Notes under the pieces: model-generated
Told to the model about the DNA's origin: nothing
The model's database searches: none
The model's input: only the letters and a program-made list of their open reading frames with translations
Program-made: the position numbers and the translations under genes
Shown: in pieces, positions 1 through 9,724 of the stretch
Layout: the number at the start of each line of letters is the position of its first letter
How positions within the stretch are numbered: position 1 is the stretch's first letter
Source: Planctomycetota bacterium
GTDB taxonomy: Bacteria > Planctomycetota > UBA8742 > UBA2392
Reading direction: 5' to 3'
Assembly: GCA_022071975.1 (NCBI GenBank)
Contig: JAJVIO010000035.1
Span: 15,162 to 79,161 of the forward strand
DNA length: 64,000 nt

Positions 1-192
1 AACGGCGTAGTCCTCAGGCGTTATCTTCACCGCACCTCGCTCGGTGTAATCTTTCGTGGTGATCATCCCGACCATCACATTTTCGCCAGAAGCGCGCAGA
101 ACCACAACCGGCCTTCGGTCGTAGGTCTCACTATCATCGGGAGGTGTGACCCGCTTGAACTGGATCCAGAAGACGTCGCCTTTAACCGGCAT
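1..192 (-). CDS. PemK/MazF-family toxin (endoribonuclease), runs off window edge
   Basis: Not in the ORF track. Manual translation from ATG at 192 gives MPVKGDVFWIQFKRVTPPDDSETYDRRPVVVLRASGENVMVGMITTK..., matching the GD-x-x-W...RP-VVV...IT pattern of PemK/MazF. GGAG lies upstream. Confidence 0.75.
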   Translation of the reverse strand, partial: MPVKGDVFWIQFKRVTPPDDSETYDRRPVVVLRASGENVMVGMITTKDYTERGAVKITPEDYAV

Positions 193-212
193 CCGACTAT
201 CTCCCGGACAGA

Positions 213-494
213 CTAGTCTTCGAAGAACTGGGGTCGAGTGAGTCGTGCAGGAACGTCTGCTTCATCCTTCTCGCGTTCACTCAGTTCTCTGAATGCCCTG
301 TCATTTCGAGCAATCGCAGCTTCTTCCCGTCGATGGACTGCTTCTGCCTGCTTGGCTCTGAAGGCTTCAATCATGTCAGGAGTGATCTGGCTCTTGCCTG
401 ACGCAGCATCAAGCCTCCACTCCAACAAGTAAACTTCGCCCTCATTTGTGGCGGCTACTGGCCGATCAGGTTTGGTCGTCGCGGTATCCGTCAT
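213..494 (-). CDS. Small hypothetical protein, candidate antitoxin
   Basis: 93 aa with a charged helical C-terminus, directly upstream of the MazF-like gene; its start overlaps the stop of the upstream gene at 494. Confidence 0.5.
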   Translation of the reverse strand: MTDTATTKPDRPVAATNEGEVYLLEWRLDAASGKSQITPDMIEAFRAKQAEAVHRREEAAIARNDRAFRELSEREKDEADVPARLTRPQFFED

Positions 495-934
495 CAGCTG
501 CCTCCCGTCTGCTTCAGCCCAACAGGCAACACCGTTAAGCTCTGCAATTCACCATGATAGATTACTCTCATCTCGTAATCAGCAGGTCGGTCGACCTGAA
601 CAAGCTGACCCTCCCTGGCAACAACCGGAATTGCTACGCCGCCTCGGAAAGCCGTGTTCCCGACGTCCTTGCCTCGCTTCAGGTTGAAACGAGCGTTCCA
701 GACGAGGTCGTTTCTCATGTCCCCATCTTCATCGACGCCAGCATCCACCAACTCGATCCGTACTTCTGCGCCATCCCCGATGATCAAGTCGGTGATCTGG
801 ATGAAAACATAGAACAGGGGCAGAGACCCCGGGAACTTGGGAAGCCACACTTTGTCGAAGACGCCAATCAAATTCCACTTGCCGTTGTTCACAGCACCGT
901 CGCAGAACAACACGGTAAACGTCGGTGTGCTCAT
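494..934 (-). CDS. DUF6941-like beta-sandwich protein
   Basis: N-terminal LFCD...NGKWNLIGVFD motif; ATGA overlap with the NuoF-like gene. Confidence 0.6.
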   Translation of the reverse strand: MSTPTFTVLFCDGAVNNGKWNLIGVFDKVWLPKFPGSLPLFYVFIQITDLIIGDGAEVRIELVDAGVDEDGDMRNDLVWNARFNLKRGKDVGNTAFRGGVAIPVVAREGQLVQVDRPADYEMRVIYHGELQSLTVLPVGLKQTGGS

Positions 935-2445
935 GTGCGTTTCTCGAAGGCCTTGGGGAAGTACTTCATGGCGTCCACCAGGGGCTTGTGGGCTACCATG
1001 CCTAAGCCGCAGATGCTGCCTTCTTCCATTTCCCAGCCTACGTCATTGGCGTGCTTCAGTGCGCCTGGGTCGCCTGTTTCCAGGTACTTGCCTACCTGGT
1101 TGTGCAGGTATCTGGTGCCGATGCGGCAGGGGGCGCACTGGCCGCATGATTCGACTTCGAAAAACTCCAGCTGCCACTGCGCGGCCTTGGCCATGTCCAC
1201 CGTGTCGTTCAGCACCACCACGCCGGCGCTGCCCAGCATGCTGCCTTCCTTGGCCAGGCCTTTGAAATCCAGCGGCAGATTGCGCTTCTCGATCGGCAGG
1301 AAGCCGCTGCTGGCGCCGCCCGGGCTGAAGGCCATCGGGTTTCCCTCGTAGCCGCCCGCCGCCTGCACCAGCTCTTCCAACGTCGCGCCGAGGGGCAGCT
1401 CGTACACACCCGGCTTCTTCACGTGGCCGCTGATGCAGTACAGCTTGCTGCCGGCCTCAGTACGGCCGTGGGCTTTGAACGCCTCGCCGCCGTGGCTGAT
1501 GATGTAGGGTACACAGGCGAAGGTTTCGACGTTGCTGATCAGGGTGGGCTTGCCACGGAAGCCGACCTCGAACGGGAAGGGCGGCTTCAGGCGCGGCATG
1601 CCACGCTTGCCCTCCATGCTTTCCAGCAGCGCTGTTTCCTCGCCGCAGATGTAGGCGCCGTGGCCGCGGTGGAAGTGCCAGTTCCAGTCCTGCACATGGG
1701 GTGCGGCCTGTTTCAGGGCCTGCTGCACCGCCTCGGCTTCGGCGTTGAATTCGCCGCGTATGTAGAAGTAGATGTCCTTCGCGCCCACCACCAGGGCGGC
1801 GATCGCCATGCCCTCGATCAGCTTGTCGGCGCGGCGCAGCATGGTTTCGCGGTCTTTGAAGGTCGCGGGCTCGGCCTCGTCGGCGTTGCAGATCACGTAA
1901 CGCACCGGGTCTTTCTGCCCGGCCACGCCCTTCCATTTGATGTGGGCCGGGAAGCCCGCGCCGCCACGCCCCTGCAGGCCGGAGTCTTCCAGCGCCTTGA
2001 TGATCGCCTCAGGGCCCATGGTGCGCGCCTTCTTGAGCGCGCCGAAGCTGAAATCGTGCTTGCCGCCCAGGTTGATGGGCAGCTTGTCGTCGGCGGGCGT
2101 GATGCTGCGGGTTTGCCGGCTGGCGTCGAACACTTTCAGTGATTCATCCAGGGCCGCGGGGGCGCGGTCGCACTGGCCCAGGCAGCTGACTTCCTCTACT
2201 TCCTTGCCCTTGGCGCGCAGGTCGGCCGCCAGCTGGTCGCTGCCCATGATGCGGCAGGACAGGCCGTTGCACACACGAACGCGGGGCCCGCCCTTGAGCA
2301 GTGTGTAGAAAGTGCCGGCACCCCAGATTTCAGCCTCGGGCACGCCTGCCTGCTGGCTGACGCGGCGGACGTTTTCCTCGGTGACGCCGCCCAGTTCCTC
2401 CAGCAGCGGCAGCACGTGTTCGCGGTCGGCAGTTTTCTTCAACAT
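931..2445 (-). CDS. NuoF/HoxF-like NADH-binding flavoprotein with N-terminal NuoE-like [2Fe-2S] region (diaphorase subunit)
   Basis: GLQGRGGAGFP, CNADEAEP and YICGEETALLES motifs; C-terminal SCGQCAPCRIG...C 4Fe-4S motif; N-terminal CNGLSC...CLGQC. Confidence 0.9.
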   Translation of the reverse strand: MLKKTADREHVLPLLEELGGVTEENVRRVSQQAGVPEAEIWGAGTFYTLLKGGPRVRVCNGLSCRIMGSDQLAADLRAKGKEVEEVSCLGQCDRAPAALDESLKVFDASRQTRSITPADDKLPINLGGKHDFSFGALKKARTMGPEAIIKALEDSGLQGRGGAGFPAHIKWKGVAGQKDPVRYVICNADEAEPATFKDRETMLRRADKLIEGMAIAALVVGAKDIYFYIRGEFNAEAEAVQQALKQAAPHVQDWNWHFHRGHGAYICGEETALLESMEGKRGMPRLKPPFPFEVGFRGKPTLISNVETFACVPYIISHGGEAFKAHGRTEAGSKLYCISGHVKKPGVYELPLGATLEELVQAAGGYEGNPMAFSPGGASSGFLPIEKRNLPLDFKGLAKEGSMLGSAGVVVLNDTVDMAKAAQWQLEFFEVESCGQCAPCRIGTRYLHNQVGKYLETGDPGALKHANDVGWEMEEGSICGLGMVAHKPLVDAMKYFPKAFEKRT

Positions 2446-2716
2446 GAGCTGCCCTTCGAATAGCTGAGGCGAAAGGCCGTATCATAACCACAATTCGTTC
2501 CATGTGGCCATGCCGCATTAAAGATTGTCACGTTAACGCCAAGTTAACAAAGCACTTGCGACATTGCTGACGAGTGTTGGCAACTTGGCTGAGTTTCCGA
2601 CATTTCCACGAGCGGGTGGACCAAGTGTGGAACACCGCCACGCGCATTCCGAGACTTTCCTTGCAGGCTACCCCCACTACACCCACAATCGTGGCCGTGC
2701 GGGCAGGAGGTTTGAT

Positions 2717-3760
2717 ATGCACAAATTGTTGCTGGTGCTGCTGGCGAGCTTCGCCGGCTGTCTGTTCCTGCCGGGACCGGCGCCGGTGAACGCCAAAGAC
2801 GAAAAGAAAGCAGAGAAGGACAACTTTCGTCTGTACCGGATCGCAGGCCGCAAGTGGATGCTGCACCGGATCCCTGCCACGGGCCAGGAAGGCGGGGACA
2901 CCTCGCCGACCTTTCACAGCTACGAAGTTCGCAATGTGTACGAGGATCGGGCCGAAGTCGCGGAGGTCACGCTGGACGAAGGCAAAAAGGCCCCCGAGGG
3001 CGCCAACTTCGTGGTGAAGGTCAACTTTTCCGATGACGCGCCGCAACTGAAGGACCCGATCGGCTACACCAAGAGCAAGCAGGAGAAGCTTAAGACAGAC
3101 GCCGGCACCTTCGACTGCATCCTGTGGGTAAGCCTGGGCCGTGAAGACGGCGACTCGCGCATCTGGCGCAGCATCGACTTCCCGGGCTTGATCGTGAAAC
3201 AGAGCGACCGTTTCGGCACCCGCACCCTGGTGGAGTTCACCTGGGTCGAAGGTGACCCCGGCTACAAGGCGCCGGGCAAGAAGAAAAAGAAGAAGGACGA
3301 CGACCCCGAAGAAATCGACCCCAAGCGCCTCTTCAGCAGCAAGGGCACAACCTGGGTGCACCATATCGACACAGCCCGGGGTGAGCGCGGCACCCGCAGC
3401 ATTGAGGTGCAGCAATACCAGGTCACCAAAGTCAGCGAAGAGGGCTGCGAGGTCGAGATCACCAAGCTGACCCAGCTGCTGGAGAAGATCAAAGGCGAAG
3501 AGCCCCGGAAACTTGAAATCAAGTTCGACGACACCTTCAGCGCCAATCTCGAACCCGCCGAGCGCTCACGCGTCGAGCGCACGGAGCTACGCATCACCGA
3601 TGTGGGCCTGTTCGAATGCACGGTTTACCTCTACAAAGATGAAGAAGGGCGCGAGGCTCGCGCCTGGTACGCCAAGGAGTGGCCGGGCCTGGTGGTGCGC
3701 CGCGTGATCGAAGGCGAGAACTACAGCCAGGTCACCAGGATCATCAAATTTGAAGAATAG
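2717..3760 (+). CDS. Secreted protein with two repeated beta-rich (DUF3108-like) domains
   Basis: AGGAGG RBS, signal peptide, and internal repeat TDAGTFDC...WRSIDFPGLIVK / TDVGLFEC...WYAKEWPGLVV. Confidence 0.7.
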   Translation: MHKLLLVLLASFAGCLFLPGPAPVNAKDEKKAEKDNFRLYRIAGRKWMLHRIPATGQEGGDTSPTFHSYEVRNVYEDRAEVAEVTLDEGKKAPEGANFVVKVNFSDDAPQLKDPIGYTKSKQEKLKTDAGTFDCILWVSLGREDGDSRIWRSIDFPGLIVKQSDRFGTRTLVEFTWVEGDPGYKAPGKKKKKKDDDPEEIDPKRLFSSKGTTWVHHIDTARGERGTRSIEVQQYQVTKVSEEGCEVEITKLTQLLEKIKGEEPRKLEIKFDDTFSANLEPAERSRVERTELRITDVGLFECTVYLYKDEEGREARAWYAKEWPGLVVRRVIEGENYSQVTRIIKFEE

Positions 3761-3817
3761 CGCCGGCTTGGCTCGCCCGTGGGGCGGCGCAGCCGACGCA
3801 GGAAAACGGAGAGAAGT

Positions 3818-5368
3818 ATGAACTGGAAGGTGTGGGCATGCTTTGCGGCGGCCGCCATGTTCGGCGGGGCGCTGCACGCGCAGATGGAAGGCGACGAGAC
3901 GGAAGAAACCGTCAATTACCTGATGGAGATGCTGGACGGCGACGGCGACGGCAAGATCACCAAGGCCGAGCTGAAGACAGCCGCAGAGGCTGACGCCGAG
4001 GGCGGCACGGAGTCCGAGAAGCTGGAAACCTACGGCAGCTACCTGCTCGAGTTCCTGGCCGAGGACGCCAATGACGATGAAGTCGTCACTCGCGACGAGC
4101 TGAAGACCTTCTTGAAGAACTCCGAAGAAGGCAAGAAGGGCAAGATCAGCGCCAAGGACTGGGAGACCTACACCAAGGAGTATCTCGACCCGGGCTTCGC
4201 GGCGGAACTCAAGAACTACGATAAGGACAACGACTCGGCGATCAGCCGCAAAGAAGCCGAGGCCATCGAAGACTTCCCCGAGGAGGCCTTCACCCAGCTC
4301 GATGCCGACAAGGACGGCAAGATCACGGCCGCCGAGTACAAGCAGTTCATCCGCACCGCCATGGCGGAGAGCTACGAGATCGAGGGTGATGCCGCCAAGC
4401 CCGAGCCGGAGAAGCTGGAAGTGCCCGAGAAAGTGAAACAGAACTTCTCGAAGGCGGACGGCGACGGCGACGGCTTCATCAGCAAGGCGGAGATGAAGAA
4501 GGCCATGGCCGAGGGCCAGGCTAACCGCGCCTACTGGTGGGGCGTGTACATCGCGTTCCTGTCGATGGACACCAACGACGACCTGAAGGTGGACATCAAC
4601 GAGTACTACGTCTACGGCAAGGATGAGAACGAGGGCAAGGCCCACGTGTTCTATCCCAAGGACAAGACCGAGGCGATGACCGAAATCTGGGCCGACCTCG
4701 ACGGCGACAAGGACGGCAAAGTCACCCAGGCAGAGTTCAGCAAGCTGTTCCCCAGCGGTGAAGGCTATGACAGCGCCGAAGAGTTCAAAGGCATGGACGC
4801 CGACAACAGCGGCGATGTCTCGAAGGACGAAATGTGGGACGCGCTGAAGCCCCAGTTCGCGAAGGGCTTCAAGTTCCCCGACAAGGACAAAGACGGCAGC
4901 ACCAGCAACGCCGGGGGCGACAACAGCGGCGGAGAAATCAACAAGGAAGCCTTCGCTCTCTACACCAAGGTCGGCCGCAGTTGGACGACCAAGACCACTG
5001 CCAACTACGGCGGGATCGAAATGGTGACCTATACCAAGACCGAGGTGCTCGAGGTCGGCGACGATTTCGCCAAGATCAAGACCACAGTCCTGGACAAAGA
5101 CAAGAAGGAGATGATGCCCGGGACGGAAACCAAGATCAGCTTCCGCGTGGCCTCTGGATCCGGCGGTACCGCGCCCGAGGTGAAGACGGAGGAAGAAACC
5201 ATCAAGGTGGAAGCCGGCGAGTACGAGTGCGTCAAGGTGACCGTGGAAGCCGCGGGCACCAAGACCACCAGCTGGACCGCCAAGAAGTTCCCCGGCCTGC
5301 TGGTGAAGTCCAGCAGTGAAGGCGGCGGCGGCAAGAGCAGCACTGAGCTGGTCGAGTTCAAGGAGTAA
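3818..5368 (+). CDS. Secreted multi-EF-hand calcium-binding protein with C-terminal DUF3108-like domain
   Basis: Signal peptide ending ALHA; about 8 DxDxDGxI-type loops; C-terminal VEAGEYEC...WTAKKFPGLLVK. Confidence 0.85.
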   Translation: MNWKVWACFAAAAMFGGALHAQMEGDETEETVNYLMEMLDGDGDGKITKAELKTAAEADAEGGTESEKLETYGSYLLEFLAEDANDDEVVTRDELKTFLKNSEEGKKGKISAKDWETYTKEYLDPGFAAELKNYDKDNDSAISRKEAEAIEDFPEEAFTQLDADKDGKITAAEYKQFIRTAMAESYEIEGDAAKPEPEKLEVPEKVKQNFSKADGDGDGFISKAEMKKAMAEGQANRAYWWGVYIAFLSMDTNDDLKVDINEYYVYGKDENEGKAHVFYPKDKTEAMTEIWADLDGDKDGKVTQAEFSKLFPSGEGYDSAEEFKGMDADNSGDVSKDEMWDALKPQFAKGFKFPDKDKDGSTSNAGGDNSGGEINKEAFALYTKVGRSWTTKTTANYGGIEMVTYTKTEVLEVGDDFAKIKTTVLDKDKKEMMPGTETKISFRVASGSGGTAPEVKTEEETIKVEAGEYECVKVTVEAAGTKTTSWTAKKFPGLLVKSSSEGGGGKSSTELVEFKE

Positions 5369-5387
5369 CACAGCACGAAATGCACTT

Positions 5388-5420
5388 GGGGCCGGGCCTT
5401 TGTGCCCGGCCCTTTTCTTT
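5388..5420 (+). terminator. Rho-independent terminator
   Basis: GGGCCGGGC-loop-GCCCGGCCC followed by TTTTCTTT. Confidence 0.75.
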
Positions 5421-5580
5421 GCACCGCTACGTCCGGTAACGGCTCTATTTCGCCCCGCGCGGATTTTCTTCAAAGTCGCAAAAGCCTCCCTGCCGAATGC
5501 AGGACTACCGCCCGGAGCCCGTGCTTCGGCGGATGAACCGCCACCCAACGTCGCAAGACGCAGCTGACAAGGAGGACCCC

Positions 5581-6330
5581 ATGACCAAAAGCCGCATTTC
5601 CATGATGGTTGCCGCGGCCGGTCTCGTGCTGGTAGGGCTGCTCGCCGCCGCCCTGTTCACCCCCAGTGACGAGGAACCGGCGACGGAGCAGACGTCAGAA
5701 GACACCGTGACACCCGTTGAGCCCAAGGCCGTCGAGATGAAGAGCCCGCTGGGCTACGAGCTGACGGTGCCGAAGATCGAAGAGAAGCCGGCGCCCGAAG
5801 TGAAACCCGAGCCCAAGCCGGAAGTAAAACCCGAGCCGGTCAAGCCTTCCGAAGAGGGCGGGGTGATCGAGTACAAGATCCAGCCCGGCGACATGATCAG
5901 CAAGCTGGCCGCCAAGCACGGCTGCACCAGCGAAGATATCTACAAGCTGAACGACGGCCTGAACAAGGACACCGCCAGCAAGATTCGGGTGGGCCAGACC
6001 ATCCGCATCCCGGTCGGCAAAAAAGGCGCTGAGGCCGTGGCGAACGCGGGTACGACGCAGCCCCAGCCGAGCGGCGACTACTTCCCCAAGCGCACGGTAG
6101 TGGCTGAGCCCGGCGACACCGCGTTCCAGCTCGCGATCGAGTACTACGGAGCGCGCAACCTGTTCCGCAAGATCATGGATGCCAATCCGACCCTGGATTG
6201 GGGCGACCGCCTGAAGGGCGGCGAACAAGTGGTACTGCCCGAGCACGGCACAGCACCTGCAACGGCAAGCAAGGACAAGCCCGCGGAAACCACAGTTGAA
6301 CGCGACAGCCTGATCCCGCCGCGCAAGTAA
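5581..6330 (+). CDS. Membrane-anchored LysM peptidoglycan-binding protein
   Basis: AGGAGG RBS, N-terminal TM helix, PEVKPE linker, two LysM-like domains (YKIQPGD...IRVGQTIRIP; AEPGDT...GGEQVVLP). Confidence 0.85.
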   Translation: MTKSRISMMVAAAGLVLVGLLAAALFTPSDEEPATEQTSEDTVTPVEPKAVEMKSPLGYELTVPKIEEKPAPEVKPEPKPEVKPEPVKPSEEGGVIEYKIQPGDMISKLAAKHGCTSEDIYKLNDGLNKDTASKIRVGQTIRIPVGKKGAEAVANAGTTQPQPSGDYFPKRTVVAEPGDTAFQLAIEYYGARNLFRKIMDANPTLDWGDRLKGGEQVVLPEHGTAPATASKDKPAETTVERDSLIPPRK

Positions 6331-6348
6331 CGCACCGGCCTTAATCAA

Positions 6349-6376
6349 AACGCCCCCGCCAACCGGCGGGGGCGTT
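6349..6376. terminator. Terminator hairpin between convergent genes
   Basis: AACGCCCCCGCC-AACC-GGCGGGGGCGTT. Confidence 0.7.
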
Positions 6377-6386
6377 CGCGTTGAGG

Positions 6387-6854
6387 CTAGTTCGCGCTGG
6401 GGGGCGGCACTTTCACGAAGTGGGCCCAGAACTGGCCCAGCGCGCTCAGCAGTTCCACGAACTTTTCGTACTCGGCCGGCTTGGTGACGAACGCGCTTGC
6501 GCCGCGCGCGTAGCTGGCGGTGGCATCCGCGTCCGCATTGCTGGTGGTCAGCACCGTCACCGGGATGTGCGCCAGTTTCGCATCCGACTTCAGCCGCGAC
6601 AGGAACTCGTGGCCGTTCATGCGCGGCATGTTCAGGTCAAGCAGCACGATATCCGGCAGCGGATTCGCCGCCCGGTCCGCGTATTCGCCCTCACCGCGCA
6701 GGTACTGCAGCGCGGCCACGCCGTCGTCCACCACGCGCAGATCCGCCTCAAGCGTCGAGTCCTCGAGGGCTCGACGCGTCAAGGCCTGCTGCACGGGGCT
6801 GTCCTCCACCAGCAGGATCGTGAATGGACGCGTCTGTGTTGAAGCCTCGCTCAT
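6387..6854 (-). CDS. Single-domain response regulator (Rcp1-like)
   Basis: ILLVED, LLDLNMPRMNG, LTTS and FVTKP receiver motifs. Confidence 0.92.
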   Translation of the reverse strand: MSEASTQTRPFTILLVEDSPVQQALTRRALEDSTLEADLRVVDDGVAALQYLRGEGEYADRAANPLPDIVLLDLNMPRMNGHEFLSRLKSDAKLAHIPVTVLTTSNADADATASYARGASAFVTKPAEYEKFVELLSALGQFWAHFVKVPPPSAN

Positions 6855-8605
6855 GCCTCTCCTGGTCTCACCGCGGGCAGCGTCAACCGGAAACGGCTGC
6901 CTTGCCCCGGCGTGGAACTGACCTCGATGCTGCCGCCGTGGCGTTCCACTATCTTACGGCATACCGACAGCCCGATGCCAGACCCATCGTACTTGCCAAC
7001 ACCGTGCAGCCGCGTAAAGGGTTTGAATATCCGGTCCAGGTACTGCTCTTCAATACCGATGCCGTTGTCACAAACCTCGACCCGCACCAGCTTACCGTCG
7101 GGCTCGGCGCGGATCGTGACCACCGGCGCTGCCCCCGGCCGTTGAAACTTCAGCCCGTTCGCTACCAGGTTCTGCAGCACCCGCCCGATCTGCATCTCAT
7201 CGCCCAATACCTTCGGCAGCCCGTTGTACTCGATACGGCCGCCGGTTTCCTCCATGCGCGCGCGCAGGTCGCCTGCGACGCGTTTCATCACCTGCTGCAG
7301 GTCCACTTCGTCCAGCTTCAGTTCACGGTGACCGGAGCGGGAGTACTCGAGCAGGTCAGTGATCAACCGCTGCATACGCAGGCTGGCGCTCAGGATCGCC
7401 GCCAGGTCCTCATCGGCGCGCTTGGGCAGGTTGCCGCCGAGGTCGGCCTTCAGCAACCCGCAGTACGTGCTCATGGTTCTCAGCGGCTCCTGCAGGTCGT
7501 GGCTGGCGACGTAGTTGAATTCGTCCAGTTCGGTGACCAGCCGCTCCAGCTCGAGGTTCTGCTTCTGCAGCTGCTCTGCTTGTTGCCTCTCGAGGGCCTG
7601 GGCGCGCACGCGCTCGCTGATGTCGCGCACGAAGAGGCTTACGCGCGGCGAGCCTTCATAGTCATATGCGCTCACCGTGAACGAGAGCGGGAAATCCTTG
7701 CCGTCCTTGTGGCGCCCGTGCCACACGCGGTCAAACGGCCCCGTCGGCTTGCGGCGCGCGTAGCCGGCCAGCACCTGCAGGCGATCGCCGCTGTGGTGCT
7801 GGAACAGCTCGGGCAGCAGCAGGTCCACGTTGCGGCCCACGATCTCGTCGTGCTTCCAGCCGAACAGTTTTTCCATCGCCGGGTTCACGGCCTGCACGAT
7901 GCCGCCCACCGCCACGATGATGATGGCGTCAGCGGCGCCATCCAGGATGGCGCGGGCGCGCCGTTCCTGGTGTCGCAGGTCCTCTTCCAGCTCTTTGGTT
8001 TCGGTGATGTCGCTGGCGTACAGCACGCCGGTCGAGTGGCCGGGCACGCCGCGCATATGGCAGATGTACCAGCGTCTCCCCCACTCCACTTGGCGCGGCT
8101 CGAGCACGCCGGCGCGGATGCACTGGCGCGCGTCGTCCAACGTCATGCCGGGCAGCAGGTCGGTGATCAGCCGCCCCTGCAAGGCTGCACCGCCGATCAG
8201 TTCGCTGGCAGCGCGGTTGCCCCGCACTACCCGGCCCTCAGCATCGAAGCGCAGCACAGGGCCGGGATACAGCTCGGGGAACAGCTCTTCTTCGCGCAGG
8301 CTGGCCTCGGCTTTTTCCCGCCGGGCCACCTGCTCGGCCAGCAGCTGCCCGGTGTTCCGGAGGTCGCTGCGGCTGGCGTCCACGTCGCGCTCGATACGGC
8401 GCAGGCGCCAGGTCACGGCCGCGAACACCAGCACCACCAGGGCGCAGAAGCCGAACACCGTGCCCCACACCAGCAGGTTGCTGCCGGCGCCGGGCACGAA
8501 GGCGGTCACGCCCACCAGCACGGCAAAGGCCAGCGCGGCGCCCAGCGCGAAGGCGTAGTACCAGCTGAGCTTGCGGCGGATTTCCGTAATGCGCTTGTCG
8601 GCCAT
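6851..8605 (-). CDS. Membrane PAS-PAS sensor histidine kinase
   Basis: Two TM helices, two PAS-like domains, H-box ASHDLQEPLR, N-box NLVANGLKF, G boxes DNGIGI and GSGIGL. Confidence 0.92.
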   Translation of the reverse strand: MADKRITEIRRKLSWYYAFALGAALAFAVLVGVTAFVPGAGSNLLVWGTVFGFCALVVLVFAAVTWRLRRIERDVDASRSDLRNTGQLLAEQVARREKAEASLREEELFPELYPGPVLRFDAEGRVVRGNRAASELIGGAALQGRLITDLLPGMTLDDARQCIRAGVLEPRQVEWGRRWYICHMRGVPGHSTGVLYASDITETKELEEDLRHQERRARAILDGAADAIIIVAVGGIVQAVNPAMEKLFGWKHDEIVGRNVDLLLPELFQHHSGDRLQVLAGYARRKPTGPFDRVWHGRHKDGKDFPLSFTVSAYDYEGSPRVSLFVRDISERVRAQALERQQAEQLQKQNLELERLVTELDEFNYVASHDLQEPLRTMSTYCGLLKADLGGNLPKRADEDLAAILSASLRMQRLITDLLEYSRSGHRELKLDEVDLQQVMKRVAGDLRARMEETGGRIEYNGLPKVLGDEMQIGRVLQNLVANGLKFQRPGAAPVVTIRAEPDGKLVRVEVCDNGIGIEEQYLDRIFKPFTRLHGVGKYDGSGIGLSVCRKIVERHGGSIEVSSTPGQGSRFRLTLPAVRPGEA

Positions 8606-8677
8606 GGCCGACAGTTTGACCAAAAGCAGGCGCGCCCGCCACTGGGGCGGGCGCGTCAGATTTCTACGCGGGTTACG

Positions 8678-9724
8678 CTACCATCCTCGCGTTGACCAGG
8701 CGAAGCCCAGGGTGAAGGTGAAGCGGAAATCGTGGTGTTTGAATTTCTCGGGCGGCAGGTTGTCCCAGGCGTGCTCAATCAGCAGGCCGGCGGTGACGAA
8801 ACTGCCCAGCTTGTGCTCGATCAGCAGCGACTGGTTGCCCGTAAGGTTCTTGGACTCGTCGAAGTCGAACATCAGGGCGCCCTTGTAGTTCACGTGCAGC
8901 ATGCCGCTGGGGCTGGACCAGTCGAACTCGGTCATCAGGCGCGCGCCCAGGTATCCGCGGTCCTCGGCGCCGGCGATCTGGTCCTCGTAAGTGTAGGTCA
9001 GGTGCGCGCCGACGTGCCAGGTCAGGCGCTCCTGGCGCAGGATGTAGTAGCCGGGGCCAAGGCCGGTGACGCTGCGGTAGTGGTAGCCCGCGAACTCGTT
9101 GAAGTACAGGTCTTCGGTGAAGTCGATGGTGAGGTTGAAGTCGAAGATGTAACGGTACAGGTAGCCGATATGGTGCTTGCGTTCGCGAACCGGCTCTTCC
9201 TCCAGGTTGCGATCCTGGAAGTAGCTGCCGCGGCCGAACAGCGTCATGAAATTACGCTTGCCGGTGCGCTTGATGTCGAAGCGGTAACCGAGGCTGTAGG
9301 TTCGGGTGTTGCCCTCGGTCCACGAGAATGTCCCCAGCGCGCTGACGTCCCACACGGCGCGGTCGTCGGGCAGGGTTTCGTCGATGCCTTTAAGCCCGGC
9401 CAGCGACTCGACGTCGAGCTCGCCGGCTTCCAGCTTCACGACGAGCTTGCCGTCGCGGGTGCTCAGCTCGGCCTCCTGTTGCGCCTTGATGTCGTCGCCG
9501 GTGCGGATACGCGCCTTGCGCGTGGTATCCAGGCTCAGGCTCGCCACTTTATCAACGGGCACCTTCACGGCGCCGGCCGACTTTGTGGTGAAGTGCACTT
9601 CACCGTTCTCCAGCTTCTCGAAGGTGCCAACCAGCTTGTCGCCGTCGGTGGTGGTCAGTTCGTCCGCCGCCAGGGGCGCGGCCAGCATCAGCAGCATGGC
9701 CAGCAGAATGTACGCGATCCTCAC
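8678..9724 (-). CDS. DUF481/YdiY-like outer-membrane beta-barrel protein
   Basis: GTG start after AAGGAG; signal peptide; DGDKLVG N-domain; TEGNT motif; alternating beta-strands with aromatic C-terminus. Confidence 0.8.
   Translation of the reverse strand: MRIAYILLAMLLMLAAPLAADELTTTDGDKLVGTFEKLENGEVHFTTKSAGAVKVPVDKVASLSLDTTRKARIRTGDDIKAQQEAELSTRDGKLVVKLEAGELDVESLAGLKGIDETLPDDRAVWDVSALGTFSWTEGNTRTYSLGYRFDIKRTGKRNFMTLFGRGSYFQDRNLEEEPVRERKHHIGYLYRYIFDFNLTIDFTEDLYFNEFAGYHYRSVTGLGPGYYILRQERLTWHVGAHLTYTYEDQIAGAEDRGYLGARLMTEFDWSSPSGMLHVNYKGALMFDFDESKNLTGNQSLLIEHKLGSFVTAGLLIEHAWDNLPPEKFKHHDFRFTFTLGFAWSTRGW

Noticed and set aside
2525-2550. GTTAAC-N5-GTTAAC motif in the divergent promoter region upstream of the NuoF-like gene
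   Set aside because: It could be an operator, but it does not match a consensus I can name with confidence (not a clean Rex or FNR box) and occurs once.
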